From NCBI RefSeq assembly GCF_018977255.1, contig NW_024704743.1, forward strand, positions 110,610,001 to 110,674,000: 64,000 bases of DNA, written 5' to 3'. The notes beneath the pieces were generated by a model, which saw only the letters and a list, made by a program, of their open reading frames with translations, was not told where the DNA came from and searched no databases. How positions within the stretch are numbered: the first letter of the stretch is position 1; each line of letters begins with the position of its first letter. Shown one piece after another: positions 38,171-51,600 of this stretch. Origin of the DNA: Callorhinchus milii (taxonomy: Eukaryota). The position numbers were made by a program, and so were the translations under genes.

Positions 38171-39049
38171 TCTGCAATACTGCTCCAAACCTGTGGTTAT
38201 TTCTTCCACCTGAACTCTTGGAGGATTTGCAGGTGCCCCTGGTGCACTGTGTGTTGGATTAAAGCATGCAGTTGCTTTCTGATAAAGGATAGTGCTCTAA
38301 AGTTAATCAAGTCAATCTTTCTCTTACAGATGCTGGTCAAACGAATGCGTTTTTCTAGATTATTCTGCTTTTATTTCAAATTTTTATATGTTTTTTTATG
38401 TAATTTTTTTAACGTAAGTTTTCTTTTTTTCTTTTCACAGTCTGCCTTTGTTTGCCTTTGCCTAGCATTGCCTTTCTGGCTATTTCCTTTGCTACACACA
38501 AAATATGTCAAAAAAACACTTTAAAAGCATTTCACCAAAATAATTCAATGTTGCACTCTAGGTTCAGTGTGAGTCTACGACTGGTCAAATGCCAATTCAT
38601 TTATTTCACTGTAACAGAGGGAGCTACCAATTAGACAATTCATAAAGGCAAATGATTCCTTGTTTCGTTATTTAATTATAAACATCTTCAAATTGTAGTA
38701 TCACAGGTGACATTTACTCAATGTCATCTGTGATACTACAATTCACCCTGTAGTAAACCTGTGATGTATGGCTTTGATCTCTACCAGATTATAAGTAAAA
38801 CTCTTTTGTTCAACTGTAATTATTATTATACTTGGCTCCTTTTCACTGATCATTTTTGAGCATTTAAATACCACAACATTAGAAATGTATAACACTATGA
38901 TCCCAATGTATTAGCTATTTTATGAATAGCCACGAGATGAATGACCAATTTATTTGAAAGAATTTTGGCCAGATCAAACTCTTTTTGGCCACACGTCTTA
39001 TACAAAGGATGAGACTTACCCTGTAGCACTCCTCCAATACTACACAGTG

Positions 39050-39280
39050 TCTAGACTGTGCAACACTCCCTTCATCTCTCCCTCCCTTGACTCCTTCAAA
39101 GCAGGTCTCAAGATCCTCCTCTTTGAGTGCGCATTCAGCCACCCTCCTACCCTTACCCTCCCTGTCCTCAGCTCCCCTGATCCCAACCCCTTGCCAGGGT
39201 TCAAAATCACTGACTGACCAGCACCTTGGGACGTCCTCCCAATGTGAAAGATGCTATCCAAATATAATTTGTTGTTGTCA
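39050..39280 (+). mobile_element. L2 3' end
   Basis: SLDSFKAGLKILLF and the L2 tail. Confidence 0.8.
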
Positions 39281-39389
39281 TTGAGGTATAAAATATTATA
39301 AATGGGGTTGAAAACGTGAACCCAGAACAATACTTTCAGATGCACCAAGGGAATGTTTATAAGTGGAAAAATGAGAAACTTTGTCTTAC

Positions 39390-39550
39390 TTGCCCTGCCT
39401 CTCCCCTCCCTGTTAGCCCCTAAAAGCCTCTCCCTCCCAACATGCCCAGTTCTGACGAAGGGTCATGGACCCAAAACGTTGACTCACTTTGCTTTCTGCA
39501 TAGATGCTGCCTGACCTGCTGAGTGTTCCCAATGACTTCTATTTTTGTAC
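39390..39550 (+). mobile_element. Penelope-type terminal repeat fragment, hammerhead core mutated
   Basis: AGTT-CTGACGA-AGGGTCATGGACCC-AAAAC-GTT-GACT at 39448-39484; a third truncated copy lies at 17808-17890 (-). Confidence 0.7.
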
Positions 39551-39789
39551 TAGGAAGTATTTATTTACCCAGAAGATAATTAACGACTGGAAAGGGTTAT
39601 GGGAAGGGTGGTTGACGCCAAAACGCTGGACTAATTTAAGACATAGCTTGAAGCTGTGATGGGAGTACAGTTAGGTAGGTATTCTGGAAGGATGAGATCA
39701 AATGGATAGAAGGGACTTTTTCATCTGAACCAATGTTGTGAATTTTAGCAATTTTCTGATATAAAGCAGTCCAAGAGAAAATCCTAAAG

Positions 39790-40280
39790 GACATTTCTTT
39801 TGGTCAGTCGGCTGACATGTATGGAAACCAATCACCATGCTTAAGAGTAGCAAAACCAAGCTGAGATTTCCATGCATCCCACCTATACATGGAAATCTCA
39901 GAGATAGATTGTTGGACTGGAAGACTCTCCCTGGAGGGATGCATCTGCTTACCTAATTCCAGAAAGTATTAGGTGCAAGTCGGCAAGAGCCAAGGCTTGG
40001 GGACCCCGGAATGTGCATTGGGGTACTGCTGGAGTATAACCAGTTAAAACCGCATAGCTTGTCATTGATATTGCTGTCCGACAAGCTTTCCCACTGCTTG
40101 TCCAGCTAGGACCACCCTACCCATTAGTCTTGCAGGATTAACAGTTGCTGAGCGGGATGACTCTCTGCCCCCAGTGAATGGTCTGCCCTTCCAGGTTCTG
40201 CTGATGAGCCAGGCTGGCTGTGCTGTCATCGGCAATGCCCTGCAATACTGCGGAACTGCCTGGCTCAAGAACCATACTAC
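39790..40280. repeat. Unclassified dispersed repeat with internal hairpins
   Basis: Partial copies at 14320-14570 (inverted), 54790-54915 and 46120-46400; shared ATCACCATGYTTAAGAG and CTGCTGATGAGCCAGGC..GCCTGGCTC. Confidence 0.65.
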
Positions 40281-42331
40281 TCAGATTACTGAATATACAA
40301 TGGAAAACTACAACTAGAAACACTGAGCAATCTGAATAAACCACCAAAAGCTATGTGCCATATAACCACTGACAGTTCAAATAACAGACAGGAATATCAT
40401 AACTGAGCTTTCTAAACACGTACTGACAACAAACAACTTGATGCACCAGTGAATTAATGAGCTGAGCCAGATCTGAGGATTCTTCTGCAGTTGTCACTTG
40501 GTTAAGTCTATACCTCCTTAGCCCGATCATTGAAGACAAATTTTGTTGTACAACTGAAGGTGACAAAATGCAAAACATGAATCCATCTGCCACTCCTCTC
40601 CCCGCAGGCTCCTGAGACCCTCATCCATGCTGATCCCACAAACTTTCATTGGAGCCTGTACCTTCTTAGGAATCTGCTCAAATGACTGCTGTAAAGTCTT
40701 ATATCTCATCTACTGACATTTATTCATCACCTCGAGATCTCAAAGTCCTGTAGTTAGCTTCTCACTCTCAGAAAAATACACCTTTCCAATTTCCACCCAC
40801 ACCTACCTATGTTTACTTGTCTTATTACTCTAATTATTATTATAAATTGGTGAGAAGACGTGATAAAGCGCTATATCAAATGAAAGGATTATTATTATTA
40901 CCTTTTTCCCCAGTAAATAGAAATCACTCTGCAAACACGCAGGGACACAGAATAGAAATCACTTCTGTGGTGAGAAAACCTAGCCTAATGTTTTACTAAT
41001 CATGATTACTACTTAAATCCAATGCCATTGACCACTTCAATGCATTTCTCCAATCTTGTTTTTTCTCCACTGAGAAATAAATTGGAACGATCCCTCGTCT
41101 AGATTACCATCAATCTGGTGCCAGATGATAATGGATTCCTTACGAGATGCCCAGAATCTCACAGCTCCTTTGTACAATGGTTTAAAATAAGCTTCCCTTG
41201 CTTTTTGCTGATACATTCAAGGAAGTCACCATTTTGAATAGTGTCGAGAAGAACAACAACAACTTTGATTTATATAGCGCCCTCCACGCCGGACGCCGTC
41301 TCAGAGCGCTTTACAGTCGATTATCCCGGGACCGAGCCGGGGGAGGGGGAGGAAGGTGGCCAAAGGCGCGGTCGAAAATAAACCTAAGAAGTAAACAAGC
41401 TTTGGGTTTGGGGGTAACGTTGAGTTTTGAGGCCTTTACATTGTTCACTCCCCCCATTAAAAATCAGTTTAAAGTACAGTGCTGCTTACAGGATTTGTAA
41501 AAAATCTCTCTGTGTATAGCTTCTTAAGAGTATAAACCTTTTAAATCCAATTGATCTAACTTTGGTGAGAAAACACAACTAGCATTTGATGTTTGGACAT
41601 CTAAGTCTCTGAAGTAGATAATGATAAGAATAATCCTTGCATTTGATATAGCATTTTATCACATTTTTGAGACTTCCCAAAGCACTTCACAGAATATACT
41701 GTAAAGTAAATTGACCGTATATTTTTGTGGGCGAAACATTCTAGCCAATTGCGCACAGCAGATGCCCAAACACCACCTTCAGTGTGCAGATCGATGGTTG
41801 TGACCTGCTCTGCATGTGGTCTTTGTTGGAGGCGAAAGTTAGGAAAATTGGCAGATTCAATGTGATTTGTATTCAGATCCAGCTGCAATAGTGTTTTTAA
41901 ATTCAAAAATCCTCATCAACTTTATCAGGACTGATCTTTAAGGAGAAAAATTGACAATCTCTGATCCATTTTTAAAAAATTCTATCGGAACTACAAGGTC
42001 CCTTTGCAGCTTTGTCCTGCCAGATGTATGTGCAGAGGTTGTGTTTAGCTGTGAGTGAACAAGATGCTTGATCAATAGTCAGTGTGTTTTAGGAAATTCC
42101 AATTTCAACTCAGCTTTTTTTCCACCCACCCATACACACCCACTCTGCACATCAAACAGCATCAGACTTCTCTTGCTCAATACACCACTTTATTAAAGCT
42201 GCAGAGATTTGGCAATGTTTGTACTTTGGTTATACAAAATACAATGTGTTAAGTTGGCTACAACAAAATAGCAGCAAAGGACAGGGGCTCATTGAACTGA
42301 GCCCTTCCTTCTCCTCCTCCAGTCCATGCCT

Positions 42332-43582
42332 TCAAGCTTCTTTCTCATAATATCTGGTGCTGAACACATCTCCCATGGTGCAAGTCTGAGTTAAAAAAAG
42401 ACAAAGTGTCACCATTCTTGCAAAAAAAAATCTGCTTTGTTTTGAGAATCAAATCAGAAAGCATAAATAGCAGATACACAACTAAGCCACAGCACTCGGT
42501 CTCCAGTGATACAACCGCTGGGTGGGGAGAGCCTCTTACCAGTATTAGTTTGCCATCTTTCAGTTCTCTCACAAGAGTTGTCTCTTTATCATCCCATCTC
42601 TGCACTTGGACCATCTTGTCGTTATTCATAGTGACTGTGGTCTGTTGGAAATTTGCAAGGAAAAAAAATTTATCCTTAAATTTTATCAGGAGATACAGTA
42701 TTTTAAAATAATTTGTGTGGTTATTCATGAACTACTCACCCTGGTTTCCCTGCCGTCTGCTGTCATCTCGTTAAATTCCTCCCCGAGTCTGAACTTGATT
42801 TCTGTATTTTTGACACTGCTTTGGGTTTTGAGAGTGACAGTGTCCCCATCCACACAGATGATAGTTGTGGGTTTGGTCAAAGTACCCAGGGTCCTTAAGG
42901 TAAATGGTACTCCTAAGAGAAGGGGCAAGTTAAAAGTCTTGCAGTGTAAAATAGCGTCTATTTGAAGATACAGTAACTATAAATACCAATAACAACAGTG
43001 TAGTGGAAGTATAATGAGTGTACAATGAATCGATTGCGCTGCATAAAGGAAGAGAACTGTATTGATTTCAATGCACTGAACCTTTGAATGTAGTAAAAGG
43101 TGTTTATCACTTTGGAAGGTTGACTATAGTGTAATCATGGGAACATAAATATTTGGTAGTGGTGACATCGCAATACAATTAATCATAATAATAATCCTTA
43201 CATTTCGTAAAGTGCCTTATCATGTTGTTGAGATGTCTCAAAGCGCTTCACAGAATATACTGTAAAGTTAATTGACTGTATATTTTGTGGGCAAAAATTC
43301 TCATGGACATGCAGTCAAGTTTATAACTCACCAAACAAAATTGTTGAGTATTGCAACAACAATCCTTGGATTAGATGCTATCGGAATATAACATTGCCTT
43401 GGGATGTCCTCCCGAAGTGAACGGCGCTATACTAATGTAATCTTGTTGTTGTTGTTGCAAACAAGATTTTTAAGCAAAAAAAAACACAAATAAAGGAAGA
43501 ATTGCTCACCTAAAGCCTTCATATAGTCATCAAAATTGTCACTTCGGATTAATTTCCAGGTCCCCATGAAACGTGCAGCCAT
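42332..43582 (-). CDS. Fatty acid-binding protein, FABP3/4/5/7/PMP2 subfamily (paralogue A), 4 coding exons, 133 aa
   Basis: Exons 43510-43582 (73 nt), 42740-42912 (173), 42540-42641 (102), 42332-42385 (54 incl. TGA), all GT-AG. Protein: [139 protein letters not shown] at 42189-42194 (-). Confidence 0.95.
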
Positions 43583-43606
43583 TGTGACTTGCTGTATGTA
43601 CAGTAC

Positions 43607-43715
43607 TGAGCCTGATCCACCTGCAACACTGGGTTCACTTTGCAGCTGCCTCTCTGTCTCCCCACGTTTTGAAGCTTCTCACAGGCACCACGTGTGGAGA
43701 TCACAGACCAATCGT
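43607..43715 (-). promoter_or_regulatory. Proximal promoter of FABP paralogue A
   Basis: CCAAT 43708-43712, CACGTG 43689-43694 and CTTCAAAA ~85 nt upstream of the ATG, all conserved with paralogue B. Confidence 0.7.
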
Positions 43716-45284
43716 GCCTGAGAAGGTCAGGCGAAACAGTGATTAAATCGAATCCAACACAGAACAAAAAAAAACCTCCCAAAACAATAAATATTTCAGC
43801 ATCAGCAAATGCCTCTTTAATGCCAGTAACTGCAGGAATAGTGGCCAGAAAGGCAGCACGTGAGAGAGCAGCCCTGCACTTTTCTCTATCTCATCACACG
43901 TGAATTAGCATAGTATCAAAACCAATCGCCTCTGTAAGGGTATTGTCATGGCAATAAATGCACGAGTTTAGAATGCGTAATCCAAAATTAATAAAATGAT
44001 ACTCACAAAAGAGAGCAACGGGTGCTCATTCCCATGTACGAACCGTTGAGTTTCTGCCAAAGTTGTTTAAAATATCAAGTCTGCACTTCTCATTGTCGAT
44101 AATAATAATAATCCCTGCATTTGATACAGCGCCTTATCACAGCTCAAAGAGCTTCAGAGAATATACTGTGAAGTGAATTGACTGTATATTTTGTGGACAA
44201 AATGCAAATCCTGGATGTTTAGTTTAATTGAAAACGTATTGATTGTCTATTAAACTGAGTCTGCTCAGGTTTTCTGTGAATAACTCAGGTACAGTGTAAC
44301 AATTTCTAAATGAAAACTATAAAGAAACGAGCCCTTGAATATGTTGCTTTACACCATGAAAGGATGGAAATAGCCCAACAAGAGAATAGTCCAATTGCTT
44401 TCGAAACCTGAATGAGTGCACCTCCTGTAAGGAATCTGTAATACTACTCAACAACAACAAATTACATTTGTATAGCGCCTTTCACACTGGGAGGATGTCC
44501 CAAAGCCCTGGACAGTCAAAATGTACACCCTTGGTTTCAGATAACAGGGTGCTGAGTTGATACAAATATCACACCCCATATATTAATCTTTCTCTTACAT
44601 TTGCTGATTTTCCGCTGTTTGTTTCCAGTATTTTCTTCTTTTGTTTCAGATTTCCTGCACTGATAGTTTTTTTTTCTTTTTATCTTCCTGGTTTATCGTT
44701 CAGTTTCCCAGCTTTTCCCATCCAATGACAACACGTGTCACAAATCAAAACAATTTGAATGCATCTAAAAAGCGCCAAAGCTAAAATAATTTCAGGTTTG
44801 GTCCTGTTTTAATTTCAATTCAAGGAATCCAACACTGGAATTAAATCCATTTGATCCCCGTTTTTATTAAATCCAAAACTAGTACAGTGGAATTTTTAAT
44901 GTCTGGCAATAATCCCCCTCTCCCCCCCACCCCATCCGGAGGATATGGAAATTAGCAAATGAATGCAGTTTCTAAATGTACCATTTAAAACTATAATTGA
45001 AATGACTGAGAGAATGGCTAATGCCAAGATTATGATGCTCTGATACCTGTTTGGACCTCAAACATCCATTCCACTAGGAGAATAAACCCAGCCCAAGTCA
45101 GATGTGACACTACCATATGCGTTGGTTGTGCAAATGACGAGTAGACAATTTGTGCTCCTGTGAGGAAGCATCCCTGCCAACTAGCCCGCACACTTTATCA
45201 AACATACCTTAACCCGATGGCACTAGCAATCAATCTGTTTTGCAGAAAGGAATATTGCAAGCATGAATTTATTGTATTATATTG

Positions 45285-45630
45285 ATCCTGAGGCTCAGTG
45301 GTTTAGAGCAAGTGCCTTGCAAGCGAGAGATTTGGGTTCAATTCCCAGCAGGGCAAAACGATGGGTAAGTTTCCACAGGCCTCTGTTTACCTAGCAATAC
45401 GTAGAACCCGTTTGTTAGTCGATTGGCGAATCGTTTTAAGGGTAATAATCCTTCAAAACAAAATAATAACAATAATAATAAATTGGTCACTCACTCCACA
45501 ACTATTTGTGGGACACTGCTGTGCAGAATTGGCTGCTGCGTTTTGCCCACAAAATAGCGTCAATTTACTTGCAGTATATTCTGTGAAGCGCTTTGAGACG
45601 TCTCAAAGACATGATAAGGTGCTATATCAC
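45285..45630 (+). mobile_element. Older-subfamily SINE
   Basis: Long variant. Confidence 0.85.
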
Positions 45631-46219
45631 ATAAATATCTCTGGAATTTCCATGCATACATGGGCTGTATCAAACTCTCAGTTTGGTTTGAATACTCTTA
45701 ATGGGTTTCCGCATGTGTCAGACAGCTGGCTGACCAAAAAAAGTTGCAAGTATGAAGTCTGCAAGTATGAATGTATAATAATTTCTGAATGAAGATTGTA
45801 AAAAATACCCTGGGGCATGTTGCTTTTACATTGTGGAAGGATTGAAATAGTGCAACAAGGTTGAGTTCCAATTGCTTTCGAAACCTGAACAAGTGCACCT
45901 CCCGCAGGGCATTTGTATTGCTACTGAATCACGTTGGTTTCAGACAACAGGGTTATCATCTGATACACATATCACACCCCAAATATTAATCTTTCTCCTA
46001 CATTTCTTGTCTACTTTATCAGTTACATCTACAAAGAATTCAATAAGGTTGGTCAAGGATGACCATTGTTTCATAAATCCATGCTGGACGTTCTTAATTA
46101 TATTCTATTCATTAGGATTTTGGCTTGCACGGTTAGCAGTTGAGTGTGAAGAATCCCTGTCCCAAGTCTGCCCCTCCAAGTCCTGCTGATGAGCCAGGCA
46201 GGCTGGTCTGTCATTAACA

Positions 46220-46358
46220 TTTGGGGAGGACATGTTAGCAGGGCCTTGGAGAGAACGCGGAGGAGTGGGATTGATTTGGATAGCTCTTTTGAAAGAGCCA
46301 GCACAGACACGATGGGCCGAAGGCCTCCTTCTGTGCTGTATAATTCTATGATTCTATG
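46220..46358 (+). mobile_element. CR1 3' end inserted into an unclassified repeat
   Basis: CR1 3'UTR with ATTCTATG tail. Confidence 0.85.
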
Positions 46359-48640
46359 AACAGTGCCTTTGAGTATTGCCTGGCTCAGGAACCGGACTAC
46401 CAAACCCACCGCAGAGAACTGACTCGATTCTGTTATTCCACTGCCAGGCACTTTGAGGAGAGTGCACATTCCAATTCCAGACAAAGTGAAATTACCATGC
46501 ATATGTGGCACTTGACGTTGTGGCTGAACAAAACGACAGCAAAAAGAACAAATCGTTGCAGTTAGATGTAAAGGGAGCAAAATCTGTGGGTTAAAAACAA
46601 ATCACAGTGAATGCTTGCTGTCTTGTTTGGCAACTTCCCTACTTTCTCGATTATTCCTTCTCCTTTGTTTCTTTTCCACACATTGTATACCCGAGAAATA
46701 AATGAACTACAGCAAACTCTTTATTTCAGTGTCCACACATTTGTGGTCATTGCTGTCCACAGTAATCAGTTAACCACTTACTATCCAGTGCACTTACTAT
46801 CAGCAGCCAGGAGATGGTGCTAATGGCTTGTTTAATAAAATATTGAGATTAAATATCTTATACGATCATTGAATGGGTTTCATTATTCTTGATGACAAAG
46901 TAAAATCTGAAATTTTCCCCTAAATTCCAAAATAAAAAAATACCCATTTACAGATATATATTTCTTTAAAGGCAGTGTAGTCATTTGTATAATTAGCTGT
47001 GGGAGGTGGTAATTTCCCAGAGGGCGGCAAGGGATAGCTAAACTTAAATAGATTTCAGAGAAGCTAATGTGGCTGCCCTATTCGAGTCAAAGTGACTGTA
47101 TTCTAGGAAGGCAAACAACATTTATTGGTGTAATACTGCAATTGCGGTACAGGGCCACTTTAAAGAGCAGTTGTAACAAACTGTTCAGCCTCATTCTCCT
47201 ACTGGCAGCTTTCCCAGTTTGTGCCTTGGGATGATTTTAATCAACAGGAGAGAGAAAAAAGTTGGCCATTGAGAGCCTGATTGCTTCAAACACTCCTGCC
47301 CACCCACAACAAAAGCAGAATTTCAAATGAACCACCTGCATATACTCGTGGGAAACAGCTCTCAAACTGCACATGTGCCAACATACTACACTTATGTTCA
47401 CATAGAGACTAACATGATTGTACAAAGAGAAAACCCCACTCTAAGAAATTGTACCCAAACCCCATTAAGCCCTTTAATGTGGAATTAACTCCATATCCTA
47501 TTCTGCATATATTAGCAATATTGTCAAAATGTTTTCTATGTTAAATTTACACCACAGCTAAAGAAAGGTAAACAGCCTTAATCTTAAAAAATGAGTCCAG
47601 TGTGTAAGCATAATCCTTGCATTTGATATAGCACCTTTCACATCAGGAGGACGTCTCAAAGTGCTTCACAGGATTTACTGTAAAATGTAGTGGTTGTTTA
47701 TTTTGTAGGTAAATGATCGATTATGATTGGAACTCATCAGTTGAAAAGGTTTCACTGAAATGAGAGCAATGCTCCTACCAAATACTTTTATCAAAATCTT
47801 CCACTTAGTCATTGTGTATAACCATTTTTTCATTCATTCTATTCAAACATTTGATTTGCTCTCCGCTGTGAGAAATTTTAATTTCCTGCCATTGGGCATC
47901 AAACTGTTGGAAGTTCCACGTTCTCAAACACGGGGAAATGTAGGTGACACCAAGATATGGAATGCTGTCTGGTTTAGCTACTCTTAAGCCTAGTGTTTAG
48001 CTTCCACCAGCACCAGACACCTAGCTAACCAAAAAAAACCTCTAATACACTGTACAATCAGTGCTGTTAAGTGTTTCTTCAGACACTTAGAGATAGCAAA
48101 AGGTATAAATTAGTCAGTCATTGACTTAGAAATAGCTCTAAAATGAAATAGGAGCACATTTTGTCTGTGATTTCCCCCAAGATTAAATACCAAGGGAAAC
48201 AATCGGAAGATGTTTAATGTTCTTCTACTGAGTTTTCAGATTCACCAGTTTGCAATCACAAAAGGATAATCATTTACATTGTTGTCCAATATTTTATATT
48301 GGCAAGATCAATCTCAGTCAGACCACAGTTGTTTATTGCCTATTTTAATATGGTTCATATGATACAGTAAGTTTGAATGCACAATGGTGCATATTGACAA
48401 AATATCTAGGATACTGCATACAGCATTGACACAGGTCACAGTCCACAAAGAAAATATTATTGAAAATAAAATACGGCTGAATGTTGAATGAGGTGCTGGA
48501 CAGCTAACCTCCTCTGCAAGTGAACAATTTGTTTATAAATGTGAGGTTCATTCAACTCTTCCAATCGATGTGCAGAACGGACTTCATGTGTTACATGTGC
48601 ATAAATACACAACATAATTTTTTTTATAAGTGCAGAACTA

Positions 48641-51600
48641 TTACTTTGAGACCATTGTTTCTTGTGCTTGTGGGTCTTTCATAGCGCACCGCTCACTGAA
48701 AAATGATATCAGCTCCTTGAAGGTCAAATTTGTTCCTTTCATTGTTAATTTCTCTCCATCATCTGCAGAGAAAAAAAAGAATACAAAGTTACAAGGCTGC
48801 AGAACAATTCTCCAAGAAGAAAGCCAAGCTGATTATTTAAGACAAACATTCCTATAACTTTTGAATCTTCACTTCATCGCCTTTAATTTAATCCAATGCT
48901 TTTGTTCCATAAATATATCTTCCAATTTACAAAATCAAATGAAACTATGTTTTGCTGAATTGCAAACCGTGTTCACTTATCCACTGCAATAATTAAGCTG
49001 CTTAGAAGTAATTGTAGGTGCAAGAAAACAGAACACAAACTTTCTGAATATATATTTATCTATCTTTGGAGTGAAATTGGATATTATTCTAGGCTATGCA
49101 TATTCAACTTGTTTGAATTCTAAAAATTATCAAGCTAATCAGCTTTAATGGCACAACGACTTATATAAGGCACAGTGACAAGTTTCTAATCAATGTACTG
49201 AATTACAGACATTACAGTATACATATAATAATAATAATCCTTGCATTTGATATAGCGCTTTTCACAGCAATGTCCCACAAACAGTCGTAGATCGAAAATG
49301 CACAATTTATTATTGTTTTTTAGTAACTGAGTCACAGAGCCTAAGCTGATGCAAAGTTCTCTAATCAAGGATAGTCCAGAACTCATTTACGTGTGTGTAT
49401 ATCTATATATTATATATAAATATAAAGTCAACTCACTTTACAGTATATTCTGTGAAGTGCTTTGAGATGTCTCAGCAACATAATAAGGGGCTAAATCAAA
49501 TGCAAGGATCATTATTATTAACTCTGGAACACTCTTCCTCTATCCCTCCACCTTACCCCTTCCTTCCCGATTTTCAGGTCGCGCCTGAAGACTTTCCTAT
49601 TCGACCGTGCTAACGGTTACCTGAAAACCCCCTCCCCCACCCCGGCTCAGCGTCATGCTCCACCACTTTCAAGCACTCTGGGACGCTACCCTGCGTGATA
49701 GACGCAATATAAATTCAAGCTGCTGCTGTTGTTATTGTAATGTCCTGCCCAAACAACATGCTCGTTATCCATTTGACTAATGTTGGTGAGGTGGGGGCTC
49801 CTAGATCACTCCAGATGATCCATTTGTCAAAAATTCTATTTTTATGAAGCCACCAGAGCACCTAGTAAACCTCCAACTATTGCTACCTCCTGTTACATTT
49901 TGTAGGAGTAGCGTACCGATCTGAAAACATAGTGCAAGCAGATTAGAACCATAGAAATTTACAGACAAGACAGCCATTCGGCCCATCGTGCCTGTGATAG
50001 CTCTTTTAAGAGCCTTCACTGTTGAACTAGCTGATGAATAGTCATCATGCAAAAGAAAGCTACAGGCACTGAACTAGGCAATGAGATTCGTTCCCAGAAA
50101 ATAAATTCTTGGATTCAAAGAGATAGCTGAAAATGGTGAAACAGTTTCATTTAATTGAAGATTTAATGTGGCAATTGATCATAATATTTCAGACAATGGA
50201 ATTTATTTTCACCTTAAAAAAAGTAGCATAACATCAAAAAGCATTGATCATTAATGAGATTACACAATTCTATAAAGATATTCCTATTAAAAATGTTGAT
50301 ATACAGATAATCACTGAGTAATATCATTCTCGGGAAGGGGTGGGTGGTTGAGCTACACTTGTCACATGGTTTTGCAGATGAAATATGCCAAATGTTAATC
50401 AGGCATCAGAATATTTGGCTTCCTACATAGAATGAATACGACCTTGTTTTATAATCAAGCAACAAGATTAGCTACATCTAAGATTAGCTGGTGGCTTGTC
50501 CAATTCAAGATCCTCCTCATCCTCACCTACAAGGCCATTCACGGTATTGCTCCCTCCTACCTCTCTGACCTACTATCCCCCTACCTACCTGCCCGTGCCC
50601 TCCGTTCCTCTGGCTCCGGTCTGCTCCACATCCCCCACCCCAACCGCCCTACCATCGGTGGTCGGGCCTTCAGCCTCTCAGCCCTGAGGCTCTGGAACTC
50701 TATCCCCCAGTGCCTTCGCCGCCTCCTCCCTTTCCTCCTTCAAGGCCGGTCTCAAGACCTTTCTCTTTGACCGTGCCTTCGGCTCCCCTCTCGACTCTCT
50801 ACCCCCTCCTCACTCTCTCCCTTCCCTCCCCTCACCCTGACCATTTCCCCCCTGCTCGGGTCCTGACCCAACTGTACAGCGCCTTGGGACGTCCTCCTGA
50901 CGTGAAAGGCACTCTATAAATGGAATCTTGTTGTTGTTGTCAGGTAATAAATTAAGTACATGCATAAATATGCACAAGTATTACAGTTTTGATTCTGTTT
51001 GTCTTGAAAGGTCTATACAAATATAATTTGTTGTTGTCTCTTATTGTTCCGACCACTTCCAATCAAAAATAACCACTGTACATTCAGAGTGACTAATAAT
51101 CAATAAACGAATATAACCAGCTATACAGTGGCTTGAAAACTATTCATATACAGTAAAATGAAAACTAGCTTGAATCTGCTTTGGGACTCATCAGCATTGC
51201 TAATGATAGGCTAGATTTCATCTGCAGAACCTTTTAGTACTTAACTGATAGCAACTTCAACTAAGTGAAATGGACAAATGCAATTTCTTTTTCTCCTTCC
51301 AAAAAATAATAAACTTTAAAAGCATAATTATCCTCTCTTGCCGAACACAATATCCTGAAAATTACTAGCATTAATAACCTACCAGATAAATCCTGAAAAT
51401 TGCACAGAAAGGGCATAATCTAATTAATATAGAAAGAAAATAATGAAATATGGTAAAGAATTTTCACAGTACGCTCAAATTAAATCTTTGTCACATGCAG
51501 TGATTAATTGCTCATTACTGCAAAATTCATCATTAGATTTACTATGTTCATTCTTAGTGCTTATAAAAATTAAACTATAGAGTACATTGAAGTAATAAAA

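Noticed and set aside
40201..40275. CTGATGAG followed by a stem, resembling a hammerhead core (also 46186)
   Set aside because: The stem is followed by TCAAGAAC or TCAGGAAC rather than GAAA, so the catalytic core is incomplete.
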